64,000 bases of DNA from Octopus bimaculoides (lineage: Eukaryota), in contig NC_068982.1 in NCBI RefSeq assembly GCF_001194135.2, forward strand, positions 63,706,908 through 63,770,907. The letters run 5' to 3'. Each line of letters begins with the position of its first letter. Position 1 is the stretch's first letter. The position numbers were made by a program, and so were the translations under genes. The notes under the pieces are model-generated. The model saw nothing but the letters and a program-made list of their open reading frames with translations. It made no database searches and was not told the DNA's origin. Positions 51,485-64,000 of the stretch are shown here, one piece after another.

Positions 51485-51990
51485 CACACTTTGTTATATA
51501 TGCACTTTTTAGACATTTTGATGGAAATGTTCCTCTTGTATTCCTCAAGATGATGACTAGGCAGGTAGGTATTCAGTAACAGTAAGGGCTTCTCTATATT
51601 TTTCCCAGGTCACTTTTTTTCTTTTTCATGGCATTGTATATTGTTTCAGCGACACTGTTATGTTACCGTGATGACATTTGCTGATCACGTGTCCGATGTC
51701 TTCCACAGGAATTCAACATAATCACCATTTTCATCTTGAGGCGCCAAGGTTTTCACTGTCTCTTTTGTAGCAATCTCCATGTCTTGGTGGCAAATTCACA
51801 GCCTTCAAAGTGTGAGGTAAAGTAAAGGTTGAATGTCCAAAAAAGGCTGCACCTCATATCCATAAGAGTGTCATCTTGTAAACATTTTTAACAGATTTTT
51901 CAGGTCACTTACAAAGTGATCAGGGGCTACACTGGTATCTCAAGCAGTTGCAGAATCTAGCATGTGTAAATGAAGAATATCCCCGTTGCT
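51485..51990 (-). mobile_element. R4-like non-LTR retrotransposon family 2, internal fragment (post-RT, CCHC, start of REL)
   Basis: Minus strand WTFNLYFTSHFEGCEFA/HQDMEIATK, VEDIGHVISKC, MSSR*HNSVAETIYNAM, EEYKRNISIKMSKKCIYNK. It ends where 10725 begins. Confidence 0.78.
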
Positions 51991-52428
51991 ATAGAGGCAG
52001 AACCAACTAAAGTCAAACGTATTGAAGAATCATTCAGTTTATTTGGATCGTCATATAAACCCCCTGCTGATTAACGTAGAATTATCAATATAATAATTTA
52101 TTCGTGATCATGTGCATGAATCTTATTTCAGCGTCAATAAATTCCATGGAGAGTTTATGTGATATATTTACCCTGGTTACAGGAGAAATTAAATTATATT
52201 TATTATTGCATGTATGCTATAGCTGTCATGCAGCGAGTATGGCATACCTTATTACATGTTAGTTATAGAAATATATAGCCTCGATGTTTATCTAGCTGTA
52301 AAAATTAATGGGTACTTAAAACAATGGAATTAATAATAAGCAATTAACAATAAGTAATAAACTATTTAATTTTACAAACGTTGGCAAGAAATATAATGCC
52401 TCTATTGAATAAAATCATTCACATATAT

Positions 52429-52833
52429 GGCGCAAGAGTGGCTGTGAGATATGAAGCTTGCTTCCCAACCACGCACTTCCGAGTTCAGCCCCGCTGCGTA
52501 GCACCTTGGGCAAATGTCTTCTACTATAGCTTCGGGTCAACCAAAGCCTTGTGAGCGGATTTGGTAGACGGAAACTAAAAGGATCCCGTCGTATGTATAT
52601 GTATATATATATATATCTATGTGTGTCTGTGTTTGTTCCTCCCCCTATCACCACTTGACAACCGGTGTTGGCGTGTTTATGTCACCGTAACTTAGCACTT
52701 CGGCAAAAGAGACCGATAGAATAAGTACCAGGCTTAAAAGATAAGTTCTGAGGTCGATTAATTCGACTAAAAATTCAAGGGAGTGCCCCAACATGGCCGC
52801 AGTCAGATGACTGAAACAGATAAAAAATAAAAG
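52429..52833 (+). mobile_element. SINE family A, full length
   Basis: Colinear with 11392-11805 including the internal microsatellite. Confidence 0.92.
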
Positions 52834-52899
52834 ATGAAGATATATATGTAGAGAGAGGGGGAAGGGAGGGGAAAGAGTGAAAGAGAAAANNNNNNNNNN

Positions 52900-55489
52900 A
52901 TGAGTTTATGGGTTTTGATTTCTAAATTTACATTAAATCTGGGTTTTAAAGTTAGTTTTGGCTGCAAACTTATCTTTTAAAGAGAATTAGCTGTCATACT
53001 CTTTGTATGCAATATGTTACACCTCTTCTAATACTTTGTAAACTTTCTATATATTATCCATAATCATCTCACGTAATGATACAAATATTGTAGGTGATCG
53101 TATGCGTTCATTATTTGTTTATGCTTACGTCATACCGGGCAGCTACAAGTTACAACGCGTTGGTGGCCGCTTGTACACTTGTCTGAAACTCAGACACCAC
53201 CAGTTGACAGCTTGACTGTGTTGATGGTGTATGCTTCGATTGTTACTCGCGAGTAATGGCAGACAATAGTGTGTCCAAAAAGAGGAAATGGTACACCCAA
53301 AATTTCAAGAAGTCGTGGTTAGAGGATGCTGAGCTTAAAGTCTGATTACAGCAAGATGATAAAAATCCTGACACCTGCTACTGCGTTTGTTGCAACGTTG
53401 TATTGAAAAGTGTTAACAAATCAATGCTGTTAGCTCATAAAAACACTGTCAAACACAAGAAAGCTTTTGAGTGTGCGAAATCTGCTATTAAATTAGATTC
53501 ATTTATTGTTAAAAAACATGATACATTAAATGAAAAAGCAGCTAAGGCAGATTTGTTACTAACACGTTATGTTGCTGAACATCACATACCTTTCATCCAT
53601 ATAAATCACTTAGCAGAAATTTGTAAAAAGGCCTCTCCCGATAGTGAAACAGCTAAAAATCTACAAATGAAAAAAACAAAATTAACATACATTATGCAAG
53701 ACGGATTTGCTCATTATGAACAAAATGAAATCTTGGAAATTCTCAAGAAACAAAAGTTTTCATTATTGATAGACGAGAGTACGGACATCTCAGTGACACA
53801 AATCTTAGCAGCTGTTGTTCGCTTTTTTTGATGAACAATTGCTTAATGTCAAGGATGCTCTTCTGGGTGCAATTGTAGTAGAAAATGGTTCGTCTCAGGG
53901 TTTGTACAATACTGTCAAGTCTACGCTTACAAAAGATTTATTTATGAGCAACATACTTGGATTTGCCAGCGATAATTGCTCAACATTGATGGGTAACAAG
54001 AGTGAGTTTCAAAAGTTATTGAGAAACGATATTCCGACTATTTACAATAGGCAGTGTTTGCCATTCGTTTGCATTTAGTTCAAGTCATGCAGTGAAGGTG
54101 TTACTTTCGTATCTCGATTCCTTTTTAAAGGACTTAACTTTTTACTTTTCTCGAAGTAGCAAACGTCAAAATGACTTCAATATGATACAAAGTGGCACAA
54201 AACAAAAAAAAACAAGATTCCAAAGCTTTTGCAAACTAGAGGGTTGGTAGTGTGAAAATGTAATTAACGTTATAATAGAACAGTGGGATGCCCTTGAACT
54301 TTATTTTCAGTCAGAGGCTAAGGTAGAAAAAGTAGACGGAGCAAAAAGGATCTATGAAACAATGATTAACAAAGGGACGAAGGACATACTGCTCTTATAT
54401 TATATATTAAAGAAAGTAAAGGCTCTTAATGTCGAATTTCAATCGGAACACTTTTGACTGCATCTGTTGCATATACTTATATCCAGTGAGTATAAAAATA
54501 TCCTTAGTTGTTTTATAAAAGAGAATGTTTTAGCTGTATCTAAATTAACAGATATTGATCTTAATAACACAACAAATCACAAAGATATGGGTGATATTTA
54601 CCTCGGTGGATGCGCATTGAGATATCTAGAACAAAACCCCATCGTTGGTGACTCAGCTAGATTCAAAACTGACTGCAAAAATTCTTTTATAAAATTATGC
54701 TCTTAAATAAAAATGCGCTTTCCTCTCGATGAAGCTGGAGTGTTTGCCCTCTTAGAAATACTTGAGCCAAAAGTAGCGCGCAATCTCACTAACTCTCCTC
54801 AGTCGATAATTCCCTTGGCATCATACTTTCCAGCAATTGCACCAGAAAACACACTTGATGAACTAGACGATGCGTGGAGGTTATTTCGGCAATACGAAGA
54901 TATTCCTGTTTCCTCAAAAAGCTTCCCTGAATTCTGGTATTCCATACGCAATCTTAAAGGCGGGCTTGACGACACTAAATTTGAGAGGCTGTCACAATTC
55001 ATGACTAATTTGACGATGTTACCTCATTCATCAGCGTGCGTGGAGTGCATACTTTCCTAAGTAAATTACAGAAACATAAAGTTCACTAATAGGTTGAAGG
55101 CCGAAACGATCGCCGACTAAGCAAATAATTACAAGAAAAGGAGCATCATGCATTTCTTGGGAGCCGAACACTAAACTTATTAAAGATGTAGTGGATGGGT
55201 CTTGTCATCGTAGATATATGAGTAGATTGAACTTCAAAAAGGAAGAAAATGAGTCTATCATTACTGAAGGAGTGAATGAAGATGATGTGGATGTGTACGA
55301 AATTGACAATTAGCTGCCATATGATATAAAGTAGGTATTAAATTCTGTATTAATTTTGTCATACAACATATTTTCTCATTGAATTACCAATTACATACCT
55401 ATTTTCTAACATCTGGGTTTATAAAATAGGATCTGGGCTTTTTGCAGCAAATAATTTGGTGCTTTATTATTCTATGAATGGCAGCCGTG
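52900..55489 (+). mobile_element. hAT DNA transposon, near full length
   Basis: Right TIR tggcagccgtg at 55479-55489 (reverse complement CACGGCTGCCA); atctggg(t/c)ttt subterminal motifs near both ends. The left TIR probably lies in gap 52890-52899. Confidence 0.88.
53256..55313 (+). pseudogene. hAT transposase pseudogene (zinc finger, DDE, hATC dimerisation region)
   Basis: ATG at 53256; CYCVCCNVVLK...LLAHKNTVKH zinc finger; FSLLIDESTDIS; LGFASDNCSTLMG; MLPHSSACVECILS; multiple stops and frameshifts. Confidence 0.92.
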
Positions 55490-56055
55490 ATATATATANN
55501 NNNNNNNNNNNNNNNNNNNNNNNNNNNNNNNNNNNNNNNNNNNNNNNNNNNNNNNNNNNNNNNNNNNNNNNNNNNNNNNNNNNNNNNNNNNNNNNNNNNN
55601 NNNNNNNNNNNNNNNNNNNNNNNNNNNNNNNNNNNNNNNNNNNNNNNNNNNNNNNNNNNNNNNNNNNNNNNNNNNNNNNNNNNNNNNNNNNNNNNNNNNN
55701 NNNNNNNNNNNNNNNNNNNNNNNNNNNNNNNNNNNNNNNNNNNNNNNNNNNNNNNNNNNNNNNNNNNNNNNNNNNNNNNNNNNNNNNNNNNNNNNNNNNN
55801 NNNNNNNNNNNNNNNNNNNNNNNNNNNNNNNNNNNNNNNNNNNNNNNNNNNNNNNNNNNNNNNNNNNNNNNNNNNNNNNNNNNNNNNNNNNNNNNNNNNN
55901 NNNNNNNNNNNNNNNNNNNNNNNNNNNNNNNNNNNNNNNNNNNNNNNNNNNNNNNNNNNNNNNNNNNNNNNNNNNNNNNNNNNNNNNNNNNNNNNNNNNN
56001 NNNNNNNNNNNNNNNNNNNNNNNNNNNNNNNNNNNNNNNNNNNNNNNNNNNNNNN

Positions 56056-56990
56056 AAACCCTGCAGCCGAAGCGACTCGAAACATACACTCAGGTTTATG
56101 GGAAAGAATGCTTGGATGAAAAAACTTGCAGAAGATGATTTTCAAAATTCAGAAGGGGAGATTTTCAGCCTTGAAGATGAAGATCGAACAGGACATCCAG
56201 TTGAGTTTGATGACAAGCTCTTTGAGGTATTACTTGAAGAAAATCCTGCATTATCAGTTGACGAATTGGCAATAAAGCTTAGTTCAAACCATACAACTGT
56301 TCATTATCATCTTCAACAACTTGGAAAGGTTCCTAAACTTGGAAAATAGGTGCCTTATGAATTGTTCGAAAGCAACCGCAAATCCCGAGTTGACATCTGC
56401 TCGTCTCTCCATTTTCGCTAACTCATTTCACCCTTTTTGGATAGACTTGTGACTGGTGACGAAAAGTGGATCTTCTATCGGAATGTTAAATGTCGTAAAC
56501 AGTGGCTTGGTAAAAGGGAAAAGAACTCAACCACAACCGAGAAGGGAACTTCATGAGAAAAAGGTTCTTCTTTCTATCTGGTGGGATTGCAAAGGAGTAA
56601 TTCCAACGATTAGAGCGTTTCAACCAAGCTTTGAATAAAAAAAGACCCGTTTTAGTGAATCGAAAAGGAGTGATGATTCATCAGAACAATGCGCAACCCC
56701 ACACTGCAAAGGTCACATCACAGAAGATCGAAGAGCTTGATTGGGGAAAAATTCCTCATCCGCCTTATTCTCCCGACCTTGCTCCTTTAGACTGCCATTT
56801 GTTTCATAGTTTACAGTATCATTTGGGGGACATAACTTTCGCAAGCCAGGAGGAGGTCGAAACTGACATTTCAGAGTTTTTCGCTTTGAAACCCAAAGAT
56901 TTTTACATTGATGGGATTAAAAAGCTTGTAGATGGAAGGAAGTTATAGATAATCAGGGAAAGTACATTGATGATTAAATTTCAATTGAAT
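56056..56990 (+). pseudogene. mariner DD34D transposase pseudogene
   Basis: SLEDEDRTGHPVEFD, *VPYEL, LVTGDEKWIFY, KVLLSIWWDCKG, HQNNAQPH (second catalytic D mutated to N), HPPYSPDLAPLDCHLF. The 5' end lies in the gap. Confidence 0.95.
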
Positions 56991-58169
56991 ATAACCCGAT
57001 ATATATATACATATATTTGAGAAAATAGCATGCCAATATTTTCTGTCGAAATCAGTAGTGCTTTGAGAAAACAGCTTTCATTATTTAGTAAACTTGCCTT
57101 CATGTTCCCAAATCAAATATCACAATATTCGACTTAATCGTTCATCTTTCCAGGAGTTATAAAATAAACCGATAAGATAATAAAATTTATGAGGTAAGTA
57201 AGAATTAATCAACTGTCACCATCTTATATCAATGATAAAAAGAAACAGTTGAATGGATGGTAGTATGTTTATCTGTGTTTCATTTTGTCTCTTTGTATTT
57301 TGAGTTCAAACCTCGCTGTAACTGACGTTACTTTTTCTGATTGATGAAATAAAATGTATTCTGAGATCGATTCTATCGATTATATCTCCTCCCCATTAAA
57401 TAAGTGACTGAGCCAATGTAAGAAATCGATACGGAATAGACTGCTTTTGTAATTTCAACTTCAATAAATTGACTTCTAATACATGCACATAGCTAAACAT
57501 TTTTGGGTTGGCTGACGGTTGATTAAATCGACTGAAAATTATTTTATTGACCATTCTAGAAATCAAACTTAGAATGCTTCTCCAGTGGTTTATTGATTAT
57601 GTTATCCACCGCTCTTTTCCAGTTAAATGTACGAAAATTTCATTAACAAATTCAAACTTTTAATTAGTGTATCATGTATATATCATATTCTCAGTGACAT
57701 CACCTCAGCGACATAAATAGATTCCACATAGGCATTCAATGCAAATTGTACAACTTTGCGGGATCTATTCCCATAGTAACACTTCTATCGGCAAACTCTG
57801 GTGATCTGGCCCCATATTAAGGCATAGAAGCCAGAATTCGTAGGCTATAAATAGAAATGTAAAAATTTTAAATGCATTTCAACTAATGAGATACATGGAA
57901 GTATCGGTCTTTTGATATTCAGCCTGTGTGCTATGGTTTGCATAGATTTTGAAATATCAGTAGCGTTTCGTTTTCAATTTCACCTAGGGTTAATACCAGG
58001 AAATTCCAACGATACCAATCTAACGGCTAGAAATAACAGTCAGGTTATCCCAACTCACACTTCATTTTCCAATGAATCGAAGGCAAAGTTTGTGATATCC
58101 TAACGAATACTGCTACTAGTAAATAGCAGTAGTTTAGATAATAATGGAAGAAGTACATGTTGGTTATCT

Positions 58170-58392
58170 ATCAGATGGAAGGAGAAACGCTTTTCTCAAA
58201 ATATACGAGAGAAGGGTTAGAAAAGCAATTGAAATAAAACTAAATGTAAGTAATATCATTAAAGCAATCGATACGTGGGCCATATCAGTGTTGAGATACT
58301 CTGTTCTTTTTTTAAAGTGAACAAAAACAGAATTACATAAACTAGATATAAGAAGAAAGACGCTGCTTACAATGCATAACGTACACCCTAAA
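58170..58392 (+). mobile_element. Dong/R4-clade RT thumb-region fragment
   Basis: YERRVRKAIEIKLNVSNIIKAIDTWAISVLRYSVLFLK*TKTELHKLDIRRKTLLTMHNVHPK. Confidence 0.8.
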
Positions 58393-58679
58393 TGTTCTAC
58401 AACTTTGCCAGCCCCAATTTCTGGCCTTCTAATTCCTCCGATTATAAACCTATCAATTACTATGTGTGCGGCGCGGTTGAGAAAGACACCAATCACTCTG
58501 CCTTCAACCCCAATGCTAAATTGGCGGCCAAGTTTAACAAGGTGTTCGAAGATCTCGGGGATACAGTTAGGGACACATGCGCCAGGTTCTGGAGCCGTCT
58601 TGAGGCCGTGGTGGAAGCTGGGAGCGACTATTTTGAGTAAACTTTTATTTTCCAGCTACAATCTAGATGGTATGTCTTG

Positions 58680-58717
<38 letters not shown>

Positions 58718-58789
58718 TTTACGTTTGGATAGGATATTGTGTTTTGTTTTCCTTATATGAAAACTGTCAAATTTAACCCGAACATCCTG
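58392..58789 (+). mobile_element. maT/DD37D-type element, third and divergent copy: C-terminus plus right TIR
   Basis: FYNFASPNFWPSNSSDYKPINYYVCGAVEKDTN...RFWSRLEAVVEAGSDYFE*; end ctgtcaaatttaacccgaacatcctg|TA. Confidence 0.85.
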
Positions 58790-59754
58790 TATATACGTGT
58801 ATGTATTCACGCATGTGTGTTTGTGTATGCGTGTGCTTGTGTATGTATAAGTTTGTTTGTATAAACTTGTATCTGCATATCTTTGTGTTTGACAACTGGT
58901 GTGTATTTGTAAATGTCCATACAACTTAGCACATTGGTAAATAGAACGAATTGAATAACTGCTAGTGGTGAAAATACGTGCTGCAGTCGATTTCATCAAG
59001 TAAATCTCTCAAGGTAGTTTTCCTGGCGCGATCGAAGTCTAATGGCAGAAACAGATAAACGATTAAAAGAATGCATGAGTTTGTAGGTGCTTATTTCTGT
59101 ATGTGCGTGAGTGCTTGTGTGCGTGTGTGTGTATATGAATGTTAGAGAAACATGCTATAAGATGATTCTTCATTCACTGACTGTTTTCAACTTAATCGAA
59201 ATTCTATTTCATTGTTTACATGACACAAAGTTACCACAATGCCAAGTCGTAGAAGTTAACTCAACCTGATCCCTTTTCGACTTCTCTCTTTTAATTTAAT
59301 TCCCATTGTTCGTTTTCTCATTCGTACATTTTGCAAAGATTTAATCATTTATCGATTTTTTCCGATAACTGTTCCATGTGATTGTTTTTGATTTCTTCAA
59401 TTTATTTTTTCGACTGCCAAGAGCCAACACAGTTTCTCTGACAATCATTAAAATACTCGACATATCACGGAAGTCTACTAAGTTCCAACTGAGACGTAAG
59501 TAAAACACCATTTCTTTCAACACAAATGTTTTTTGTGCCATCTTTCTTTCTTTCTTTCTTTATTCCTTCCTTCCTTCCTTTCTTTCTTTCTATTAAAAAA
59601 TTTTAACATATCACGAATAAAAATACGGATGCGCACACCTCCCCGCCTACCTACCTACAAACATACATACATAAACATATTCATAAATATATACATGACA
59701 CGCATACTCACACAGGCATACATACATCTATAACGTAATGACCTTCATATTTGA

Positions 59755-59794
<40 letters not shown>

Positions 59795-60046
59795 AGTTAG
59801 AGGTTAGACAATCATCTAAGGGATAATAAATATCTAATATACTACTGGGGGGATACCTATTTATATTCAAAGAGTTACTGTCTGTTGCAAGGCAATAGTA
59901 CAATTGAATAATAGGTACAAGTGTAGGTAAACAAAAGTTTATCCAGAATTTTTATGAGGCAAGGAAGAAAAAGGAGAAGAGATTCAATTGACAAACATCA
60001 GCAAAATTTATTTACTATAATCATAGGAATAAATAAATACAACTCC

Positions 60047-60121
60047 ACTCTTACAGCTGTTTCTACTTCGGGGTCCAGTATGCTACAGCATGAATTAAAC
60101 TCCAAAGCCTCATCAGAAAGT
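60047..60121 (-). ncRNA. Type I hammerhead ribozyme motif (minus strand)
   Basis: Minus strand acttt-CTGATGA-g gctttgg...ccgaagt a-GAAA-CAGCTG-TA-agagt; GUA triplet, palindromic stem III ACAGCTGT. Confidence 0.7.
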
Positions 60122-60150
60122 CAGTAAATCTTACCATTATGGACTTACAG

Positions 60151-60239
60151 ACTCTCTGATGAAGCATTGGAGTTCAATTTTTGTATGATATGTCAACTGT
60201 AGCATTCTGGATACCCGAAGTAGAAACAGCTGTAAGAGT
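60151..60239 (+). ncRNA. Type I hammerhead ribozyme motif (plus strand)
   Basis: actct-CTGATGA(60156-62)-stem II-GAAA(60223-26)-CAGCTG-TA-agagt; stem I actct/agagt is perfect. Confidence 0.7.
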
Positions 60240-60363
60240 GGAGATATGTATTTATTTATTCCTATGATTATAGTAAGTAAATTTTACTGATGTTTGTCAG
60301 TTGAATCTCTCTTCCATTTTCTTCCTTGTCTTATATATATTTTTTTATTATTCTTTTTTTATG

Positions 60364-60558
60364 CGTCCTTTTAAAACTTAGCCAGGTTCATGAGCCCAGT
60401 TTCCCGGTTTTTATGGCGTATGTGTTGCCCCCAGCTGGACGGGACGCCAGTCCATCGCGTTATTCAAGAAACAGTGAGAGAAAGTTGGGGCGAAAGAGTA
60501 CAACAGGGGTCGCCACTACCCCCTGCCAGAGCCTCGCGGAGCTTTAGGTGTTTTCGCG
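60364..60558 (-). mobile_element. SINE fragment with family C body plus V-domain-like 3' part
   Basis: Minus strand gaaaacacctaaagctccgcgaggctc...tgtactctttcgccccaactttctctcac (cf. 19508-19590), then gcgatggactggcgtcccgtccag. Confidence 0.7.
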
Positions 60559-61327
60559 AATCATAATGATACAGGTAACTCTTTTCAAAATATTCAGATG
60601 ACTTTCAGTCTTCCATGTCAGCTACAACTTTAATGTCTTTGCTCTGCAACGCCGTTGACCAATACTTCAAGTTGTTCCTGAAAAGAGGAAACATAAAATA
60701 TCGTCACATTTAGCCCAAACACATTGTATATGTGCGACAGTCTTCTGCATGGTTTCTGTCACTAAATTTACTCAAAAGAGATTGATCGCCCCGAGACTGT
60801 AATAGAAAATACTTGCCTAAGATGCTGAACTCGAAAACGTGCTTGGGAAGCGAACATTTTAACGACGTACTTATGCTTATGTAATAAAAGCGCTTGTGTC
60901 TGCATGTGTGTGTGTGTGTGTGCGTGTTTGTGTGCGTGTATGTGTGTTTGTGAGTGAGTGAGTGTGTTTTTTTTTGTGTGTGTGTGTGTGTGTGTGTGCG
61001 TGTGTGTGTGCGTGTGTGTGCACGCGCGCGTGTGTAAACATAACAAGGAGAATGGAATGAGAAACTCGTTTTATTTCATAATTTTACAGTTGTTTCATCG
61101 ATGCTTTACCAGAAGTTTATTGCTGAAGTATTATTATATAATATGTTAAATAATATATTGAATCAATATTATTCCAGTAATACTGGAAAATATTGACTCT
61201 TCAGACCTACGTATAAATCGAAATGCTCTCTTCATTCTCCTTCTTATATTTACGAATTTTCAATGACGCGATCTATTTTCGTTGGATGATAGTATCTGAT
61301 AGCCGATACCCTTGGATGAGCTTTATA

Positions 61328-61421
61328 AAGTATGTATGTATGTATGTATGTATGTGTGTATGTATTTGTGTGCATGTATGTATATGTGTGTGTATGTAGA
61401 CCGACAGACAGACAGACAGAC

Positions 61422-61489
<68 letters not shown>

Positions 61490-61490
61490 G
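61328..61490. repeat. Compound (TATG)n/(GACA)n/(GATA)n microsatellite
   Basis: Directly visible. Confidence 0.95.
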
Positions 61491-61972
61491 GGCATGTGTG
61501 AGTTTCAGCTTTCATGATTAAATTTCTGCTTGAAGTAGTTGTATAACGACACAGCAGAGCTGTAGAATTTGAGTAACTTGGTGATGATCTTGTTTGGAAA
61601 TCGATGCATGAAAAATATTGTCCGAAACGTTAAACTTTGTCTTTTTCCTCACATCAAGCCTTTCTTTTCCACATAACGTTATACTTTTATCGAGAAAGTA
61701 TAACTTTCTATTACTGTTTTACAATATAATTGTTTTTTTAGATCCTTTTTTCATGAACCATTAACTAAGAACTATAATTCTTAATAAAAGAAAATAATTG
61801 CAAACCATAATAGAAATTATTGTATTGACTGAAATGGAAAGTTCTAAATTATAGAAAAATCGAAGAAATCTCTGACTGAAATAGTAATATTTTTTATGGC
61901 GAAATGGGTGTAAGATTATTCAACATATATGCGTGTATGTGTGTATACCTATGTATATATGTATGCGTTATA

Positions 61973-62012
<40 letters not shown>

Positions 62013-63936
62013 CGTGTGTATGTATGTATTTGTATATGTATATATGTATCCATGATGCATGATTGTATTTGTGCGTGTGTGTGAGTAAGTGTGTGCGTGC
62101 GTGTGTACGTTTGTGCGTGTGCGCACGCGCGCGATTCTCTTCATGTACTTATGTATTGATTAATAACTGGATTTCAAAAATATAAAAATATATTTTACAG
62201 AAGATATGTATGAGATGTTATCAGAAATGTGGTTTTCAATAACGTTTTATTTCCGTTAATATTTCGACTGGCGCCGACGGTTTCAGGGCCAATATCGAAT
62301 GATTTGCCACAATGGGGAACATAACATAGCCGGCACAAACGAAACGATATAGTGTACACCAAAATGATTTAGGTGTTGTTTGTAAGAAAATGAGTGTTTG
62401 TCAATAGGAATATCTTTCTCAGATGACATAACAAAATTATCTATATAAAGGCTCGATTACGTACTTATCTTGTTGCTTACTAACCACTCTAGTTTGCAGA
62501 AGGCCTAGCTTCAACTAGACGTTTTGGTTTGATAATTATTTCAGCTAATGTCTTTTCTTTTCGACTGTTAGAAGTGAACTAATCACAAAATACTTTTTAA
62601 CGAACTTTTCACTTGTCACGAAATACCGTTGCCTTTGTATATATTACATTAGGTACATTGAAGATGTATCTGAACACTTCCCTAAGACAAGTATTGCACA
62701 GAAACAAGGTGTTTGTCAAGTTGAGTTATGTAATTCGCTAACGTACTGAACAGTGTCGGTATTTCGACTGGGTTTGATACATGAATATCGAGAATGTTAG
62801 CTAAATGGCGTCAACATATCAGCTCTGCTCCTAGACTGCTGGGAATACAGCATTCTATACCAATCAATATAAAGGAAAAGATAACAAAAAACGGATGAAG
62901 ATGCAAAATTACTAACATGAGCAAATGTTAGTAGACTGCTACACATTTGTTATCAGATAGGTCTGAAAATCCGGGATATTGTTGTACGCAAAAATGTGTA
63001 CCATGTAAATGATCTTTACGAGTTATTTCATTTATACTATAGCAAGCGTAAATGAAATAACTCTTATGTGAATGTGTGTCTTATGTGAATACCTTTGAGT
63101 TGGTATAATTGCCAAGTTCTGTAAACAAGTATGTAAGTATCCAAGTGAATATCAAGGGGAAAGTGATTATGAATGTTTAATAGGTGCCGTGCTAAAAAGA
63201 GCGGCCTGTGTTAGCAGTCCGATAGAGATAAACAATGTAGCAAGTTGAATAACATACGCTGCGGTATATTTCTGATGAAATGTGATATGACCAAGATTCC
63301 ATACAAAGTAAAACAGTGCAGTCATATCTGTAAGCTAGGAGCATCATCCGATGGAAATCGCGTCAGAAATTCAAGCTTGATGTTAAAACAGAGCTGAAAA
63401 TGTCTGGTGATATTTGAAGACACGTGATATACGAGGTATATATGTTATTGTATACTTGTATGCATGTGTGGAAAGAATGCTTCCATAGACTCTTGTTAAT
63501 GTATCGTGTAAGATCATTTGTACTATGTTTCTCAGTGAGGTTTTTTTTCCAAAATGCATGCAGGTGTGTGCAGAGAAAAACCATACAAAAAAGGAATAGA
63601 ATAATATCCAACCGAAAGAAAAAGAAAAGGAAGTAACAAACTTGGAATAATACATTTTAAAACAGCAAAAAGAAAAGAAAAATGGCAAAGCACAGGCATG
63701 ATAGAAAGAAAATTTATACAACTGTTATTGGCTGCAAATGGCATCCACTCTCTGGCTATAGAAGAAGACCGTCCCTTCAAATTTAAGTGCGATTCCAGCG
63801 TTCTTGTGTAAAGAAAACAGCGACAAGAGGTGTCCTTGCCGATGTCTTTCAGTAATTTTTACGAGCCTAGCTGTATAATAACCGCAATTAAACTGTACAA
63901 TTACAGGAGTGTCAGCAGTTGAAATGGTATTACTAC

Positions 63937-63940
<4 letters not shown>

Positions 63941-64000
<60 letters not shown>
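63941..64000. repeat. (TG)n microsatellite at window end
   Basis: Directly visible. Confidence 0.97.

Larger units (their letters stand above)
59792..60333. mobile_element. Penelope-type foldback element with paired hammerhead motifs
   Basis: Near-perfect inverted arms 59955-~60130 and ~60143-60333; family end motif at 59792-59858. Confidence 0.8.

Noticed and set aside
53256-55313. Domesticated hAT-derived host gene (ZBED/ZNF862-like)
   Set aside because: Multiple stops and frameshifts, and a retained TIR.
55456-56948. SETMAR-like fusion gene
   Set aside because: No SET domain is visible, the transposase is broken, and the upstream part of the ORF is only N gap.

Overview
AT-rich, microsatellite-saturated eukaryotic DNA with 16 assembly gaps (about 3.9 kb of N), nearly all abutting simple repeats. 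The tRNA-derived SINE families and repeat spectrum suggest an octopus/coleoid genome (inference). I find no intact host protein-coding gene; most ORFs in the track are microsatellite or N-gap artefacts, so the window is intergenic or lies inside very long introns. Recognisable content is transposon debris: four tRNA-derived SINE types, several REL-endonuclease non-LTR retrotransposon fragments (Dong/R4-like, a second R4-like family, HERO-like), a CR1-like RT remnant, mariner DD34D, maT/DD37D, Tc1-like and hAT pseudogenes, two Helitrons, Helentron-type non-autonomous pieces and a long-TIR foldback element. The most interesting signal is a set of type I hammerhead-ribozyme motifs with palindromic stem III, of the kind known from Penelope-like elements. 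These are a ~380 bp foldback carrying one hammerhead on each strand (59955-60333), a stand-alone hammerhead capping a ~105 nt rod (6731-6836), and a related palindrome-rich element with inverted telomeric repeats (41040-41460). All carry core or stem mutations, so activity is untested and may be lost. Boundaries of degraded elements are approximate.
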